From the NCBI RefSeq assembly GCF_009914755.1, contig NC_060928.1: a stretch of DNA of 64,000 bases. One strand, given 5' to 3'. Of the stretch, positions 33,720-46,941 are shown piece by piece. Under the pieces are notes generated by a model that ran no database searches, had not been told where the DNA came from, and saw only the letters and a program-made list of their open reading frames with translations. A program made the position numbers and the translations under genes. How positions within the stretch are numbered: position 1 is the first letter of the stretch; every line of letters begins with the position of its first letter. This DNA is from the human T2T-CHM13v2.0 reference genome, Homo sapiens.

Positions 33720-34038
33720 CATTTTGCTGTGAAGGTAATTTTTTAGATGTGGTTAACATCTATAATCAGTTTTCTTTAAGTGAAGGAGATTACCCTGGAT
33801 AATGTTGATGGGACTCATCTAATCAGTTGAAAGGCCATAAGGACATACAATGGGATTTCCCAGAGAAGTAGAAATTCTGACTCAAGCCTGGAACACCAAT
33901 TGTTTCTGAATTTCCAGCCTAAGGATTTTTGGACTTGTCAGTCCCACAATCATGTCAGCCAATTTCTTAAACAACATGATAGATGATAGATAGGAGAGAG
34001 AGAGAGAGAGATGATAGATTAGATATAGATAGATAGAT

Positions 34039-34084
<46 letters not shown>

Positions 34085-34122
34085 TGATTGATTCTGATTC
34101 TCTGGAAACTTTGCCTGATATA
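33720..34122 (+). mobile_element. MLT2D-like ERVL LTR containing GA/GATA repeats
   Basis: TTAAGTGAAGGAGATTACCCTGGATAATG...CTAATCAGTTGAAAGGCC...AGCCAATTTCTTAAA...TTCTCTGGAAAC...GATATA. Confidence 0.75.
33978..34093. repeat. Compound (GATA)n/(GA)n STR including (AGAT)11
   Basis: (AGAT)11 at 34041-34084. Confidence 0.95.
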
Positions 34123-34677
34123 GTTCAGTGTTCATTATCACTCAACCTACATGATTTCAAATAGGATAAAGGTAAAATAAGAAATATATTTATCTTTGTC
34201 TTTCCATACTTTTCTTGTACTCCTACATTCTTCTTACTTTAGCTATGTCTTATAAATTTTGTTTCTTGATATTTAAACACCACATAGGATAGAAGTTTCA
34301 AAGATACAAAATTGAAATATGTCTTTGCCCTATTTTGTTAATATCCAGATAATTAATATTTTATATTTTGAGGGACAACTAATATTAGCCATCGTGTTTC
34401 AACTATGACAACATAACCTTTTGTGAGTTTAGTGAGTTATTTCTAAAGGTTTGGCAGGAATAAGTTTCTCAAGAATGTCAAAGCCAAGAGTTATACAGGT
34501 TTTCTCACTTAAAAAGCAATAAAAACTGGAACATATCACCAAAAATAAAATTTTATATAACCTCCCTTGTTTTTTATATTTATATAATTATTTCTGTTTA
34601 ATTCCAAAGAATACTAATTCTTGGTTATACTTGAAACTCAGTGAAAATCCAGTGGTACTTATAGTAATTTAAGATTT

Positions 34678-35171
34678 TTTTTTTAATTATACTTTAAGTT
34701 TTAGGGTACATGTGCACATTGTGCAGGTTAGTTACATATGTATACATGTGCCATGCTGGTGCGCTGCACCCACTAACTCGTCATCTAGCATTAGGTATAT
34801 CTCCCAATGCTATCCCTCCCCCCTCCCCCCACCCCACAACAGTCCCCAGAGTGTAATATTCCCCTTCCTGTGTCCATGTGATCTCATTGTTCAATTCCCA
34901 CCTATGAGTGAGAATATGCGGTGTTTGGTTTTTTGTTCTTGCGATAGTTTACTGAGAATGATGTTTTCCAATTTCATCCATGTCCCTACAAAGGACATGA
35001 ACTCATCATTTTTTATGGCTGCATGGTATTCCATGGTGTATATGTGCCACATTTTCTTAATCCAGTCTATCATTGTTGGACATTTGGGTTGGTTCCAAGT
35101 CTTTGCTATTGTGAATAGTGCCGCAATAAACATACGTGTGCATGTGTCTTTACCGGAACCAGCCGCTATAA
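34678..35171 (-). mobile_element. Short 5'-truncated LINE-1, L1PA2-like, with extra bases at the 5' junction
   Basis: Poly-T; CACTAACTCGTCATCTAGC; ORF2 end (80-aa ORF); TSD AGTAATTTAAGATTT at 34663-34677 and 35172-35186. Confidence 0.95.
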
Positions 35172-35815
35172 AGTAATTTAAGATTTAAAAATAATTTGGG
35201 AAAATGTAAAGGATTTTAGGAAAGTGGTTGCAAATTAACTTAGGCTTGGACGCTTGTAATAAGTCAGTGATAATTAATTTGTGCTCATGAGGTGTTTGAA
35301 ATCATAGAATAACCACCTCGTAATTTGATGCAATAATTGTGACTCTGCTAAAAAAGTTGGCTTTTGTGATGTACCACTCTTTCTCTGAAGAATAATAAAT
35401 GTTTTTTTGCTTTGGAATCAGACTTCAAGTTTACAGACAAGTGTGTAATTCATTGATTCTTATATACATTTTACACAATGAAATATATATAAGAATATGC
35501 AACCACTCTCCATCTCTTCTAAATTTTGAACCATTCCAATTTTCCTAAGAATGTATTTGTATTTTTTATTTAAATCTCATGTGTTAGAAACTAAACTAAA
35601 TGTCTTGATCATTGCTCACAAATAGTCATATTTGAAACAGCATGTTATAAGCCCCTGGGTTCTCTTTTCTTTAAACAATAGGCATCTTAATGAAGAGCCT
35701 AGAGGTCCTAATTCTCTGGAGGCTGCCTCTGAACTAACAGCCATTTCAGCCATAGGTTTCTGGTTAATAATAAAGTAAAAGAAAGGTCACAATGAGGAAC
35801 TCTCTCCAAAGAATT

Positions 35816-36038
35816 ATATGGATGGCAGCAGGCAAAGAGAGAGAGCTTGTGCAGGGAAACTCCCATATTTGAAACCAACAGATCTCATGAGACTCATTCA
35901 CTATCACGAGAACAGTGCAGGAAAGACCTACCCTCATAATTCAATCACCTCCCCCCTGGTTCTTCCCACAACAAGTGGGAATTTTGGGAGTTACAGTTCA
36001 AGATGAGACTTGGGTGGGGACACAGCCAAACCATATCA
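35816..36038 (-). mobile_element. THE1 (MaLR) LTR, 5' part, THE1B-like
   Basis: GGATGGCAGCAGGCAAAGAGAG...GGGACACAGCCAAACCATATCA terminus. Confidence 0.88.
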
Positions 36039-36169
36039 ATTTCCTTCATTACTATAGTTCATTTGTATATCATAGGAGTCATGAATTTTATTTTTTAAGT
36101 TTAAAGGAGGAACAACTGTATTTAAAGCTTTACAGTTACTAATAGGATATCAACAAAGTTCTTCAATAG

Positions 36170-36700
36170 ATCAATTCATTCATTTAACTAATGAATATTG
36201 AGCACTTATCACAGGCCAGGCACCATGTCAGGCACTGGCTACACAAAGTGGTGGGAGAAGACAAACACAACATTTGCTTTTAGGGAGCTTACTATTTTGT
36301 GGAGTAGATAGCAATTAATAAAATAAAGCCACCAAACTTAGATAAGTAGTCTGAATAAATGTGACACACTGCATAGTGGAAGAACCTGGTCTAGACTAAA
36401 AGTCAGAAGTACCACAAAAATGTGGTACTCCAGCTAAACCTGAAGGATACCTAGGAGTTACCTAGTTGCAATGAGAGCCAAGCTGAGGAAAAGTACCAGA
36501 AAGTGAAAAGGCCTATGTCAAGTCCCTGTGGCTGGAGAAAGCCTGGGGAAAAAGAAGGTGAGGCCCCAGAGGGAAGAGAGCAAGGTAGGGATGGTGTGAG
36601 ATGAGGCTGCTCATCCATGTTCCAGAGATTGGCCTTTGCCCTGGAAGAAACAGGAAGCTACAGGATTTTTAGGAGGGTGATGACATGTTATGCCACAGAT
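36170..36700 (-). mobile_element. L2 3' fragment
   Basis: TTCATTCATTTAAC...ATTGAGCACTTA...GCCAGGCAC. Confidence 0.65.
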
Positions 36701-36782
36701 CTGTCTTCTCTGCCAGGGCTTTTGTGAAATCTGGTACCTAGCAGACAATGCCTGACACTTAATATAGCTGATAAATATTTGT

Positions 36783-37298
36783 TAGGAAAAAGAAGGAAGA
36801 AAGGAGGAAGGAACAGAGGGAGGGAGGGAGGAAAGAAAGGGAATTAGGAAAGGAAGCAAGTAAAAGAGAAAGGAGGGGAGAAGAAGAGAGGAAGAAAGAA
36901 AAAAAGGAAGGAAGGCAAAGAAAGAAGAGGGCAAGGGAAGAAGGAGGGAAGCAAAAGGAGAAGAAGGAAGGGAGGGAGAGGCAGGTTAAGGGATGGAGAG
37001 AGGGGTGGAAGGAAGGAAGAAAGAGAGAAAACAAAGAAAGAAAGGAATGAAGAGAAAAGTAGAAAGGTAGTAAGAGAGGAGATGGAGAGATGAAGGCAGG
37101 AAGGAAGGAAAAAAGGAAGGGAGAAAACGGAGGAATGAAGAAAGGGGGAGAGAAAGGAAGGGAAAAGGAGGAAGGGAGAAAGGTGGAGAAAAGAGAGGGA
37201 AGGAGGGAGGAAGGAAGGAAGAGACAAAAAAAAGGATGGAAGGAATGAATGCAGGAAGGAATGTAGGCAGAGAGGGAAAAAGGGGAGAAGGAAGGAAA
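36783..37298. repeat. ~515-bp GA-rich polypurine low-complexity tract
   Basis: Almost entirely A/G, built of GGAA/GAAG/GAAA units. Confidence 0.95.
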
Positions 37299-39139
37299 CA
37301 TCAGAGAGTGAGACACAGCAGAGGCATAGGATTTAGAGACAAGTCAAATCAATTCCCCATCTACTACCGTGGCTCCTTGAACTTTCTCCAAAACATCCCA
37401 GGTAATCTCATTTTGGTCGTTATTGCCATTTTTATAGATGGGGATGATAAGCCCAGGATAATCAACTTGCTTAAGGTGATGTAACCAGTTCTCACACAAG
37501 CCTTCTCTCCAGAATATTAACACATTCATGTGAACGTGTGTGTGTAGGCATATATCATGTATGTGCACGCATGTCCTTTTACTCTGTCTCCACTGGGAAT
37601 GTCTTAATTTTCATTAGATTCCAAGTAAGAATCAAAATAATGAGACCATGCTTTATATATTCTTAAAATTATTGCAAACATTATATTTACTTTTAAGTAA
37701 AGTTTCTGTGACACAGTGCGCCTAACAGATAGTGGGAATTTTATTTATGCATAAAATGCACTGCATAATGAAGTAATTGAGTCTTCATTTTCCATATGGC
37801 GTTCTGGACAGTTTGGTTTTGAATGAGTTGGTAAGATTCCCAAGTGGTTGTCACACATGTGGCTGAGAGAAAATTAAAGGGCTGGCTCTCCTCATAGTTC
37901 CTTCAGGTCAAGAGGAAAGCAGCTAATATTATTGACTCCTCAACCCAAAAGAAGACAAAAAGACATTCCCTCAAGATACACAGTCATATTCTTCCTCCCT
38001 TTCCTGTGTTGCTAGTTTGGATTTCACAGAAGCATAACTAAGGCATACCTGGTCAATTTATAGGCATGCGGAAAGTAAAACAAAAGTACTGAAAAAGAAA
38101 TTTTAGCATTTGAGCAAAAGTACATCCCAGTTCTTTCTGGAATTAAGTGCTAAGTTCCTGAAGAATGAAGTTGATTTATGCTTTTTTTTTTCTAATTTAG
38201 GAATCAATGACCTCAAAGAAGCCATTTCTTAATCTTTGCTCAGAATTGATGCTGGGCTTCCTTTGCTCTGCTTTTGCTCAAACTTCTCGCCTCCAGTTTG
38301 GGACCCCTCTTTCCTCTGCTTGTCTCCCATCTCCCCCTCCCCTCTCCCTTTTCCTCTCTCATCTCTCATCTCTCATCTCACATACTCAGGGCTCATCTCA
38401 GATGCTCCCACCTCTCTGTATTCATGACTATTTTTCTGGGATTCTCTCTGTAGTACTAATGGTTCTCTCTGTTGATCTATCACTTCCTATGCTTCCCAGT
38501 CCTCTATTCAGAAAAGCCCCATGCTGACTCCACAGTTAAACAGAAAAAAAAATTTACTCTGAAAATTAATAAGTAACTTGCACCAAGTGTAGTATTTAAA
38601 AGGAGAAGAAGAGGACAGTGTTTAAAAAAAGACAGGAGTGATATTCTTTTCCCCTGACATATTTTCACTCCTCTCTAATTTTTTTTTTGGTCCCTGGCCT
38701 GTAAACTTTGAAAGCTTTTGATATTTATTTTGAGTGAGTTCTTCACGTGTGAGAAATATGCTACTGCTTTCTAAACTGAAGAGAGCAGGGACCAAAAAAC
38801 TCTTTGGAATTAACTGGTGGCAGCAAAAGGAAAAGGCTGATGAAAGGAAGAAATGGAGCTGTGAAGAGAACAAAAATATCTCCAAGAGTTTAAATAGGTC
38901 AGATATCTACCTATCACCCTCATAATTCTAACCTTCCTCTCGGGTCAAATCTGTGGGGCCTTCCTACTCCAGGGGCATAAGACCTGGAGAACTACAGACC
39001 TGGCTGGGAAGTAAAAGAGGGACTCTTAATATACAGTTTCAGGGATATTATGAGTTAGATAAAACTTTATGAAAACTCAACCACTGTCATTATTTTTAAC
39101 ACAACATGTATTTCAAGCTTGGAGCAAACTTCAGTGCAC

Positions 39140-39320
39140 GTAAGCCAGGTAGCTTTTATTCGAATTCTAGTTCTACCACTTATGAGATGCGTTACCTTTG
39201 ACAATTGTTTAGCCTGAGTTTTTACATTTATAAAATAGGGACAATATTGTTGTCTACTTCACAAGGGTATTGTAAAGATTAACTAAATTAAGGTAAAGAA
39301 CTGAGAACATTTTCTGACAC
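39140..39320 (+). mobile_element. MIR
   Basis: TTCGAATTCTAGTTCTACCACTT...TATAAAATAGGGACAAT...GGGTATTGTAAAGATTAA. Confidence 0.65.
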
Positions 39321-42034
39321 TGTGTGGGATTGTTTAATTAAGGAGATAGATAAGCACTGCAGAAACTTTTTGAATGCACACATAACATCAAACCTGCAAT
39401 AGTGGATCTGGAAGAGAGTAATGGTTACCTATTTTTGCCAATATCACTCTAGAGGTATGGTGAGATGAAATGTCACTGCATGTTTAGAGTGATAATGGCA
39501 CATACAGTATGTGAAATCCCCAGAAATGTGCTTAGCATAGAGTAAGTACTCAACAATAGCTATTATTATTACCATTATCCATGTTATCATGATTATATAA
39601 CCCTTCCCATGGCACGCTCATCATCAAGAATCTCTTGATTGACAATCCCTGTTGCTATTACAGAACCTCTCAAATGATTGACTCAATAGGTGTTTCCAGT
39701 TTTGGTCAAAATTCCATCTCATTACCACTGTGATCTTGTTTGTGGACTGCTATATTGTACAAGGCCTACTGAGCCCACAGAATGTTAGCATTGTAGCAAA
39801 AGTGGCACTGCTGATCATTGGAAAATCTTTAATCCAGATGGTGCAGGTCAACACTTAAAACCCATATGGTTACCTTGAACCTAAAGAGGGGAAAACTGGT
39901 GGTCAGTTTCAATTCACATTTGAAAGTGTTTCTTAAGAAATCTTGCTATTAAATGCAATCAAGCACTTTGAGAAGGACTAGAGAGGTGAAGTTTCCAAAA
40001 TGTCAACATTTGGAAACAGAAAAAAGGAATACAATAACTGCTATTGTTAAGTTTTAAACTTTTAAAATACCAAATTAGGTTTTGCTTTGCTTTGCTTTAC
40101 TGAAGTAAACATTTGTTTGGGTGGCCATCTTTGAATCTATTCGAGCACTGAATTTTGTCACAGTGTGCAAATGTTTTCTAGCTTTGTGTTCCCTCTGGGT
40201 AAACATATAGACAATGTAATTATCCATATGTACTCTGTTATTTGGGTTACTTTGGAGATATACAGGATCCATGAGTCAAGATAAACCCAGAAATTAACTT
40301 TCTAAGTGATACTGAGCCATTCCCTCTTGATATGCAATTTCTTTGTGTTATGGATTTTTCTGTCTTAAAAGGAAATCACATTATATTCCTTTCTATATTG
40401 TTAACAATAGTAGCCCCAGAATTCACTTCAATGTATTTCAAAACTAATTATTAAACAGCTTATATCTACACTCTGTTTAGTGCTGGAAGAGGAAATAACT
40501 GTAAGATTAATGACACTCTAATGGTACAGAACAGAAAATTCTCTGTCTCTAAGATCATCTAAACCAAAGACATGTACACAACTACCTATAATGTAGGCCA
40601 GACCACAGAAATGCTAAGTGATGCTTTAAAGTCTTCTGAAAAATAATGCCTTAACTAAACAAAGTCCCCCTACATCCAGAGTATGAATGATGCTGCTATT
40701 ACTTATTTCTACTGTCTTCCATCTATTTTATAGTGTTCTTTGATCCATTCTTTGCATTCTTCTTGTTTGAAAGTAATATTCTTGATAGTTTAATAATGAG
40801 ACCCCTCCTTTGTTCCTAGATGCCTTGGCGGCTAATCAACAAAAGCCATTGAAAGACTTAATCCTCTAAGCTTGGCACCACATCAGTCTGGAAGTAGTTT
40901 ACATGCAGAGTCCTTTGGAGTAAATACTCATTAGAGGTTCTGTTGGCTCATTTGGTCACCCACATTTTGCAGTGGGTGGCCTAGTTGGCATCCTCATTAT
41001 TTTCTTTTTCCACTCCTGAAAATAATCCAGATGTAGCAACCTGACACTACTTTCTTTGGTACTCCAAATCCATTGTTATGAAGGGTCCATTAATTTGTGA
41101 TGCTAGCTAATATGTCCAAATAAATAAAGGCCTCAGGCCAGTAATGCTGTAATAAATCTTTTACTAATACACTTTTTTCAGTGCAACCTATTGAATGCAA
41201 TTCAATGGCTTCAAGGATAATTTACTGTAATTTCTTGTGCCTGAAACCTAGAGAATTATGTGCCATCTACCCCCGCCTCACCACTTCTCCTCCCCACCCA
41301 CATTTTTACACTGATGAACAAGTCAATTTACAGAAGCAAATTTATCCAGGTTATTCACTAATTACAAAGCAAGTATCTCGCTTCTTCATTTATTACCTAG
41401 ATAGACTTTTACTACATAGCTTCTTGATTATTACTTGAATCAAAGAAGCAGAGAGTCTCTGGAATGTTATTATCTTTCCAGGTTTAACAATGAAAATCTA
41501 AAAAAAAAAAAAAGACTTTGTTTCTTGACTTCCTAAGTACAAAGTACTGTTAAAAGACAAGGAGGGTAAGATATATCTTATTCTTTCAGAGCTTGTTTTA
41601 TTGTTATAAAGCCAATAAAAGTAAGTTGTCACTTTTTCCCTCATGATTATGACAACAATCTGCAAAATGGGCTTGCAATAAAATTTACCGGATAGGATAT
41701 TTATTAATGCAAGGATTAAAATCACAACTTATATAAAGTTCTTAGAACAGTGTCTAGCTTTAGGCCATGAGTACCAATGTATGAGAAGCTATTATATTCT
41801 TGTCATATGACTTCATATTAATCTTTTTGTTTTATACTTTAAGTTCTCAGATACATTTGCAGAATGTGCAGGTTTGTTACATAGGTATGCATGTGCCATG
41901 ATGGTTTCCTGCACCCACCAATCTGTCATTTACATTAGGTATTTCTCCTAATGCTATTCCTCTCTGACCCTTCCACCCCACTACAGGCCCCAGTGAGTGA
42001 TGTTCCCTTCTCTGGGTCCATGTGTTCTCATTGT

Positions 42035-45000
42035 TCCACTCCTACTTATGAGTGAGAACACATGGTGTTTTGTTTTCTGTTCCTGTGTTACTTTGCTGAG
42101 AATGATGGTTTCCAGCTTCATCCATGTCCCTGCAAAGGACATGAACTCATCCTTTTTTATGGCTGCGTAGTATTCCATGGTGTATATGTGCCACATTGTC
42201 TTTATCCACTCTATCATTGATGGGCATTTGGGTTGGTTCCAAGTCTCTGCCATTGTGAATAGTGCTGCAATAAATCAAGTACATGTGTCTTTATAGTTGA
42301 ATGATTTATAATCCTTTGGGTATATACCCAGTAATGGGACTGCTGGGTCAAATGGTATTTCTGGTTCTAGATCCTTGAGGAATCACCACACTGTCTTCCA
42401 CAATGGTTGAACTAATTAACACTCCCACCAACAGTGTAAAAGTGTTCCCATTTCTCCACATTCTCTCCAGCATCTGTTGTTTCCTGACTTTTTAATGATT
42501 GCCATTCTAACTGGAGTGAGACAGTATCTAATTTTGGCTTTGATTTGCATTTCTCTAATGACCAGTGATGATGAGCTTTTTTTCCTGTTTGTTGGCCACA
42601 TAAATGTCTTCTTTTGAGAAGTGTCTCTTCATAACCTTCACACACTTTTTGATGGGGTTTTTGTTTTTTTCTTGTAAATTTGTTTAAGTTCCCTGTAGCT
42701 TCTGGAGATTAGCCCTTTGTCAGACAGAGAGATTGCAAAAATTTTCTCCCATACTATAGGTTGCCTGTTCACTCTGATGATAGTTTCTTTTGCTGTGCAG
42801 AAGCTCTTTAGCTTAATTAGATCCCATTTGTCTATTTTGGCTTTTGTTGCCATTGCTTTTGGTATTTTAGTCATGAAGTCTTTGCCCTTGCCTATGTCCT
42901 GAATGGTATTGCCTAGGTTTTCCTCTAAGGTTTTTTATTGTTTTAGCTCTTACATTTAACTCTTTAATCCATCTTGAGTTAATTTTTGTATAAGGTGTAA
43001 GGAAGGGGTCCGGTTTCAGTTTTCTGCATATGGCTAGCCAGTTTCCCAACACCATTTATTAAATAGGGAATCCTTTTCCCATTGCTTGTTTTTGTCAGGT
43101 TTGTCAAAGATCAGATGGTCATTGTCATAGATGTGTGGTGTTATTTCTGAGGCCTCTGTTATGTTCCATTGGTCTATATACCTGATTTGGTACCAGTACC
43201 ATGCTGTTTTGGTTACTGTAGCCTTGAGGTATAGTCTGAAGTCAGGTAGCATGATGCCTCCAGTTTTCTTCTTTTTGCTTAGGATTGTCTTGGCTATATG
43301 GGCTCTTTTTTGGGTCCATATGAAATTAAGGTAGTTTTTTTCTAATTCTGTGAAGAAAGTCAATGGTAGCTTGATGGGGACAGCATTGAATCTACAAATT
43401 ACTTTGGGCAGTATGGCCATTTTCACGATATTGATTCTTCCTATCCATGAGCATGGAATGTTTTTCCATTTGTTTATGTCCTCTCTTATTTCCTTCAGCA
43501 GTGGTTTGTAGTTCTCCTTGAAGAGGTCCTTCACATCCCTTGTAAGTTGTATTCCTAGGTATTTTATTCTCTTCATGGCAATTGTGAATGGGAGTTCACT
43601 CATGATTTGGCTCTCTATTTGTTTGTTATTGGTGTATAGGAATGCTTGTGATTTTCGCACATTGATTTTGTATCCTGAGACTTTGCTGCAGTTGCTTATC
43701 AGCTTAAGGAGATTTTGGGCTGAGACAATGGGGTGTTCTAAATATACAATCATGTCATCTGCAAACAGAGACAATTTGACTTCCTCTCTTCCTATTTGAA
43801 TACGTTTTATTTCTTTCTCTTGCCTGATTGCCCTGGCCTGAACTTTCAATACTATGTTGACTAGGAGTGGTGAGAGAAGGCATCCTTTTCTTGTGCCGGT
43901 TTTCAAAGGGAATGCTTCCAGCTCTTGCCCATTCAATATGTTATTGGCTGTGGATCTGTCATAAATAGCTCTTATTATTTTGAGATACGTTCCATCAATA
44001 ACTAGTTTATTGACAGCTTTTAGTATAAAGGGGTGTTGAATTTTATTGAAGGCCTTTCCTGCATTTATTGAGATAATCATGTTGTTTTTGTCATTGGTTC
44101 TGTTTATGCGATGGGTTACATTTGTTGATTTGAGTATGTTGAACCAGACTTGCATCCCAGGGATGAAGCCACCTTGATTGTGGTGGATAAGCTTTTTGAT
44201 GTGCTGCTGGATTTGGTTTGCCAGTATTTTATTTAAGATTTTCGCACTGATGTTCATCAGGGACATTGGTCTGAAATTATCTTTTTTGGTTGTGTCTCTG
44301 CCAGGTTTTGGTATCAGGATGATGCTGGCCTCATAAAATGAGTTAGTGAGGATTTCCTGTTTTTGTATTATTTGGAGTAGTTTCAGAAGGAATTGTACCA
44401 GCTCCTCTTTGTACCTCTGGTAGAATTCGGCTGTGAATCCATCTGATCCTGGGATTTTTTTGGTTGCTAGGCTATTAAATACTGCCTCAATTTCAGAACT
44501 TGTCATTCATCTATTCAGGGATTCGACTCTTCCTGGTTTAGTTTGGGAGGGTGTATGTGTCTAGGAATTTATCCATTTCTTTTAAATTTTCTAGTTTATT
44601 TGCCTAGAGGTGTTAAAGTATTCTCTGATGGTAGTTTGTATTTGTGTGGGATCAGCGGTGACATCCCCTTTATCATTTTTTATTATGTCTGTTTGATTCT
44701 TCTCTCTTTCCTTCTTTATTAGTCTGGCTAGCAGTCTGTCTATTTTGTTAATCTTAAAGAAAAAGCAGCTCCTAGATTCATTAATTTTTGGAAGGATTTT
44801 TCATGTCTCTATCTCCTTCAGTTCCACTCGAATCTTAGTTATTTCTTGTCTTCTGCTAGCTTTTGACTTTGTTTGCTCTTGCTTCTCTAATTCTTTTAAT
44901 TGTAATATTAGGGTGCTGATTTTAGATCTTTTCTGCCTTTTCCTGTGGGCATTTAGTGCTATAAATTTCCTTCTAAACACTGCTTTAGCTGTGTCCCAGA

Positions 45001-45857
45001 GATTCTGGTATGTTGCATCTTTGTTCTCATTGGTTTCAAAGAACTTATTTATTTCTGCCTTAATTTTGTTATTTACCCAGTAGTCATTCAGGAGCAGGTT
45101 GTTCAGTTTCCATGTAGTTGTGCGGTTTTGAGTGAGTTTCTTAATCCTGAGTTCTAATTTGATTGCACTGTGGTCTGAGAGCCTGTTCGTTATGATTTCC
45201 ATTCTTTTCCATTTGCTGAGCAGTGTTTTACTTCCAATTATGCGGTTAAATTTGGAATAAGTGTGATGTGGTGCTGAGAAGAATGTATATTCTGTTGATT
45301 TGGGGTGGAGAGTTCTGTAGATGTCTATTAAGTCCACTTGGTCTAAAGCTGAGTTCAAGTCCTGAATATCTTTGTTAATTTTCTGACTCGTCGATCTGTC
45401 TAATATTGACAGTGGGGTGTTAAATCTCCCACTATTATTGTGTCAGAGCCTAAGTCTCTTTGTAGATCTCTAAGAACTTGCTTTATGAATCTGGGTGCTC
45501 CTGTATTTGGTGCATATATATTTAGGATAGTTAGCTCTTCTTGTTGAATTGATCCCTTTACCATTATGTAATGGCCTTCTTTGTCTTTTTTGATCTTTGT
45601 TGGTTTAAAGTCTGTTTTATCAGAGACTAGGATTGCAACCTCTGCTTTTTTTTCTTTCCACTTGCTTGGTAGATCTTCCTCCATCCCTTTATTTTAAGCA
45701 TATATGTGTCTTTGCACATGAGATGGGTCCCCTGAATACAGCACACCAATGGGTTTTGACTCTTTATCCAATTTGCCAGTCTGTGTTTTTTAATTGGGGC
45801 ATTTAGCCCATTTACATTTAAGGTTAATATTGTTATGTGTAAATTTGATTCTGTCAT
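42035..45857 (-). pseudogene. L1PA7 ORF2, disrupted
   Basis: Fragments 45627-45857, 45400-45684, 44801-45358, 43034-44506 (490 aa), 42638-42874 and others; RT motifs are mutated ([19 protein letters not shown]). Confidence 0.92.
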
Positions 45858-45920
45858 GATGACGCTAACTGGTTATTTTGCCCATTAGTTGATGCAGTTT
45901 CTTCAAAGGGTCGATGGTCT

Positions 45921-46941
45921 TTACAATTTGGTATGTTTTTGTAGTGGCTTGTACTGTTTTTTCTATTCCATATTGAGTGCTTTTTTCAGGATCTCTTGTA
46001 AGGCAGGCCCGATGGTGACAAAAATCTCTCAGCATTTGCTTGTCTGTAAGGATTTTATTTCTCCTTCACTTATGAAGCTTAGTTTGGCTGGATATGAAAT
46101 TGTGGGTTAAAAATTCTTTTATTTAAGAATGTTGAATATTGGCCCCCACTCTCTTCTGGCTTGTAGGGTTTCTGCAGAGAGATCTGCTGTTAGTCTGTTG
46201 GGCTTCCCTTTGTGGGTAACCCAACCTTTCTCTCTAGCTGCCCTTAACATTTTTTCCTTCATTTCAATCCTGGTGAATCTGACAATTATGTGTCGTGGGG
46301 TTGCTCTTCTCGAGTAGTATCTTTGTGGTGTTCTCTGTATTTCCCGAATTTGAATGTTGGCCTGTCTTGCTAGGTTGGGATAGTTCTCCTGGATAACAAC
46401 CTGAAGAGTGTTTTCCAACTTGGTTCCATTCTCCCCGTTACTTTCAGGTACACCAATCAAATGTAGGTTTGGTCTTTTCACATAGTCTCATATTTCTTGG
46501 AGGCTTTGTTCTTTCCTTTTCATTCTTTTTTCTCTATTCTTGTCTTCATGCTTTATTTCATTACTTTGATGTTCAATCTCTGATAACCTTTCTTCCACTT
46601 GATTGATTCAGCTATTGATACTTGTGTATGCTTCACAAAGTTCTCTTGCTGTGTTTTTCAGCTCTATCAGGTCATTTATGTTCTCTAAACTGGTTACTCT
46701 AGTTAGCAATTTCTCTAACCTTTTTTCAAGTTCTTAGCTTCCTTGCATTGGGTTAGAACATGCTCCTTTAGCTCAGAGGAGTTTGTTATTACCCACCTTC
46801 CGAAGCCTACTTCTGTCAATTCGTCAAACTCATTCTCCGTCCAGTTTTGTTCCCTTGTTGGGAGGAATTGTGATCCTTTGGAGGAGAAGAGGCGCTCTGG
46901 TTTTTGGAATTTTCTGCCTTTTTGCGCTGGGTTTTCCTCAT
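45921..46941 (-). pseudogene. L1PA7 ORF1, disrupted
   Basis: 120-aa remnant KRPNLHLIGVPE...ARREWGPIFNILK* and frameshifts upstream. Confidence 0.88.

Noticed and set aside
36408-36429. 9-bp-arm hairpin AGTACCACA-AAAA-TGTGGTACT
   Set aside because: It is short enough to be expected by chance in 64 kb.
36759-37316. 185-aa and 127-aa F/L/S/P-rich ORFs, and similar ORFs at 51899-52556 and 54800-55157
   Set aside because: They are translations of GA/CT low-complexity tracts and Alu sequence.
38170-38260. Strong plus-strand acceptor-like site at 38200, and others near 3751, 23389 and 55235
   Set aside because: No convincing paired donor or coding frame; polypyrimidine-AG sites are frequent by chance.
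43034-44506. 490-aa open RT-containing frame in the old L1PA7, considered as a possible domesticated RT
   Set aside because: The catalytic motif [10 protein letters not shown] has become [10 protein letters not shown] and QGCPLSP has become KGCLLSP, and the flanking ORF2 is frameshifted. This fits neutral decay.
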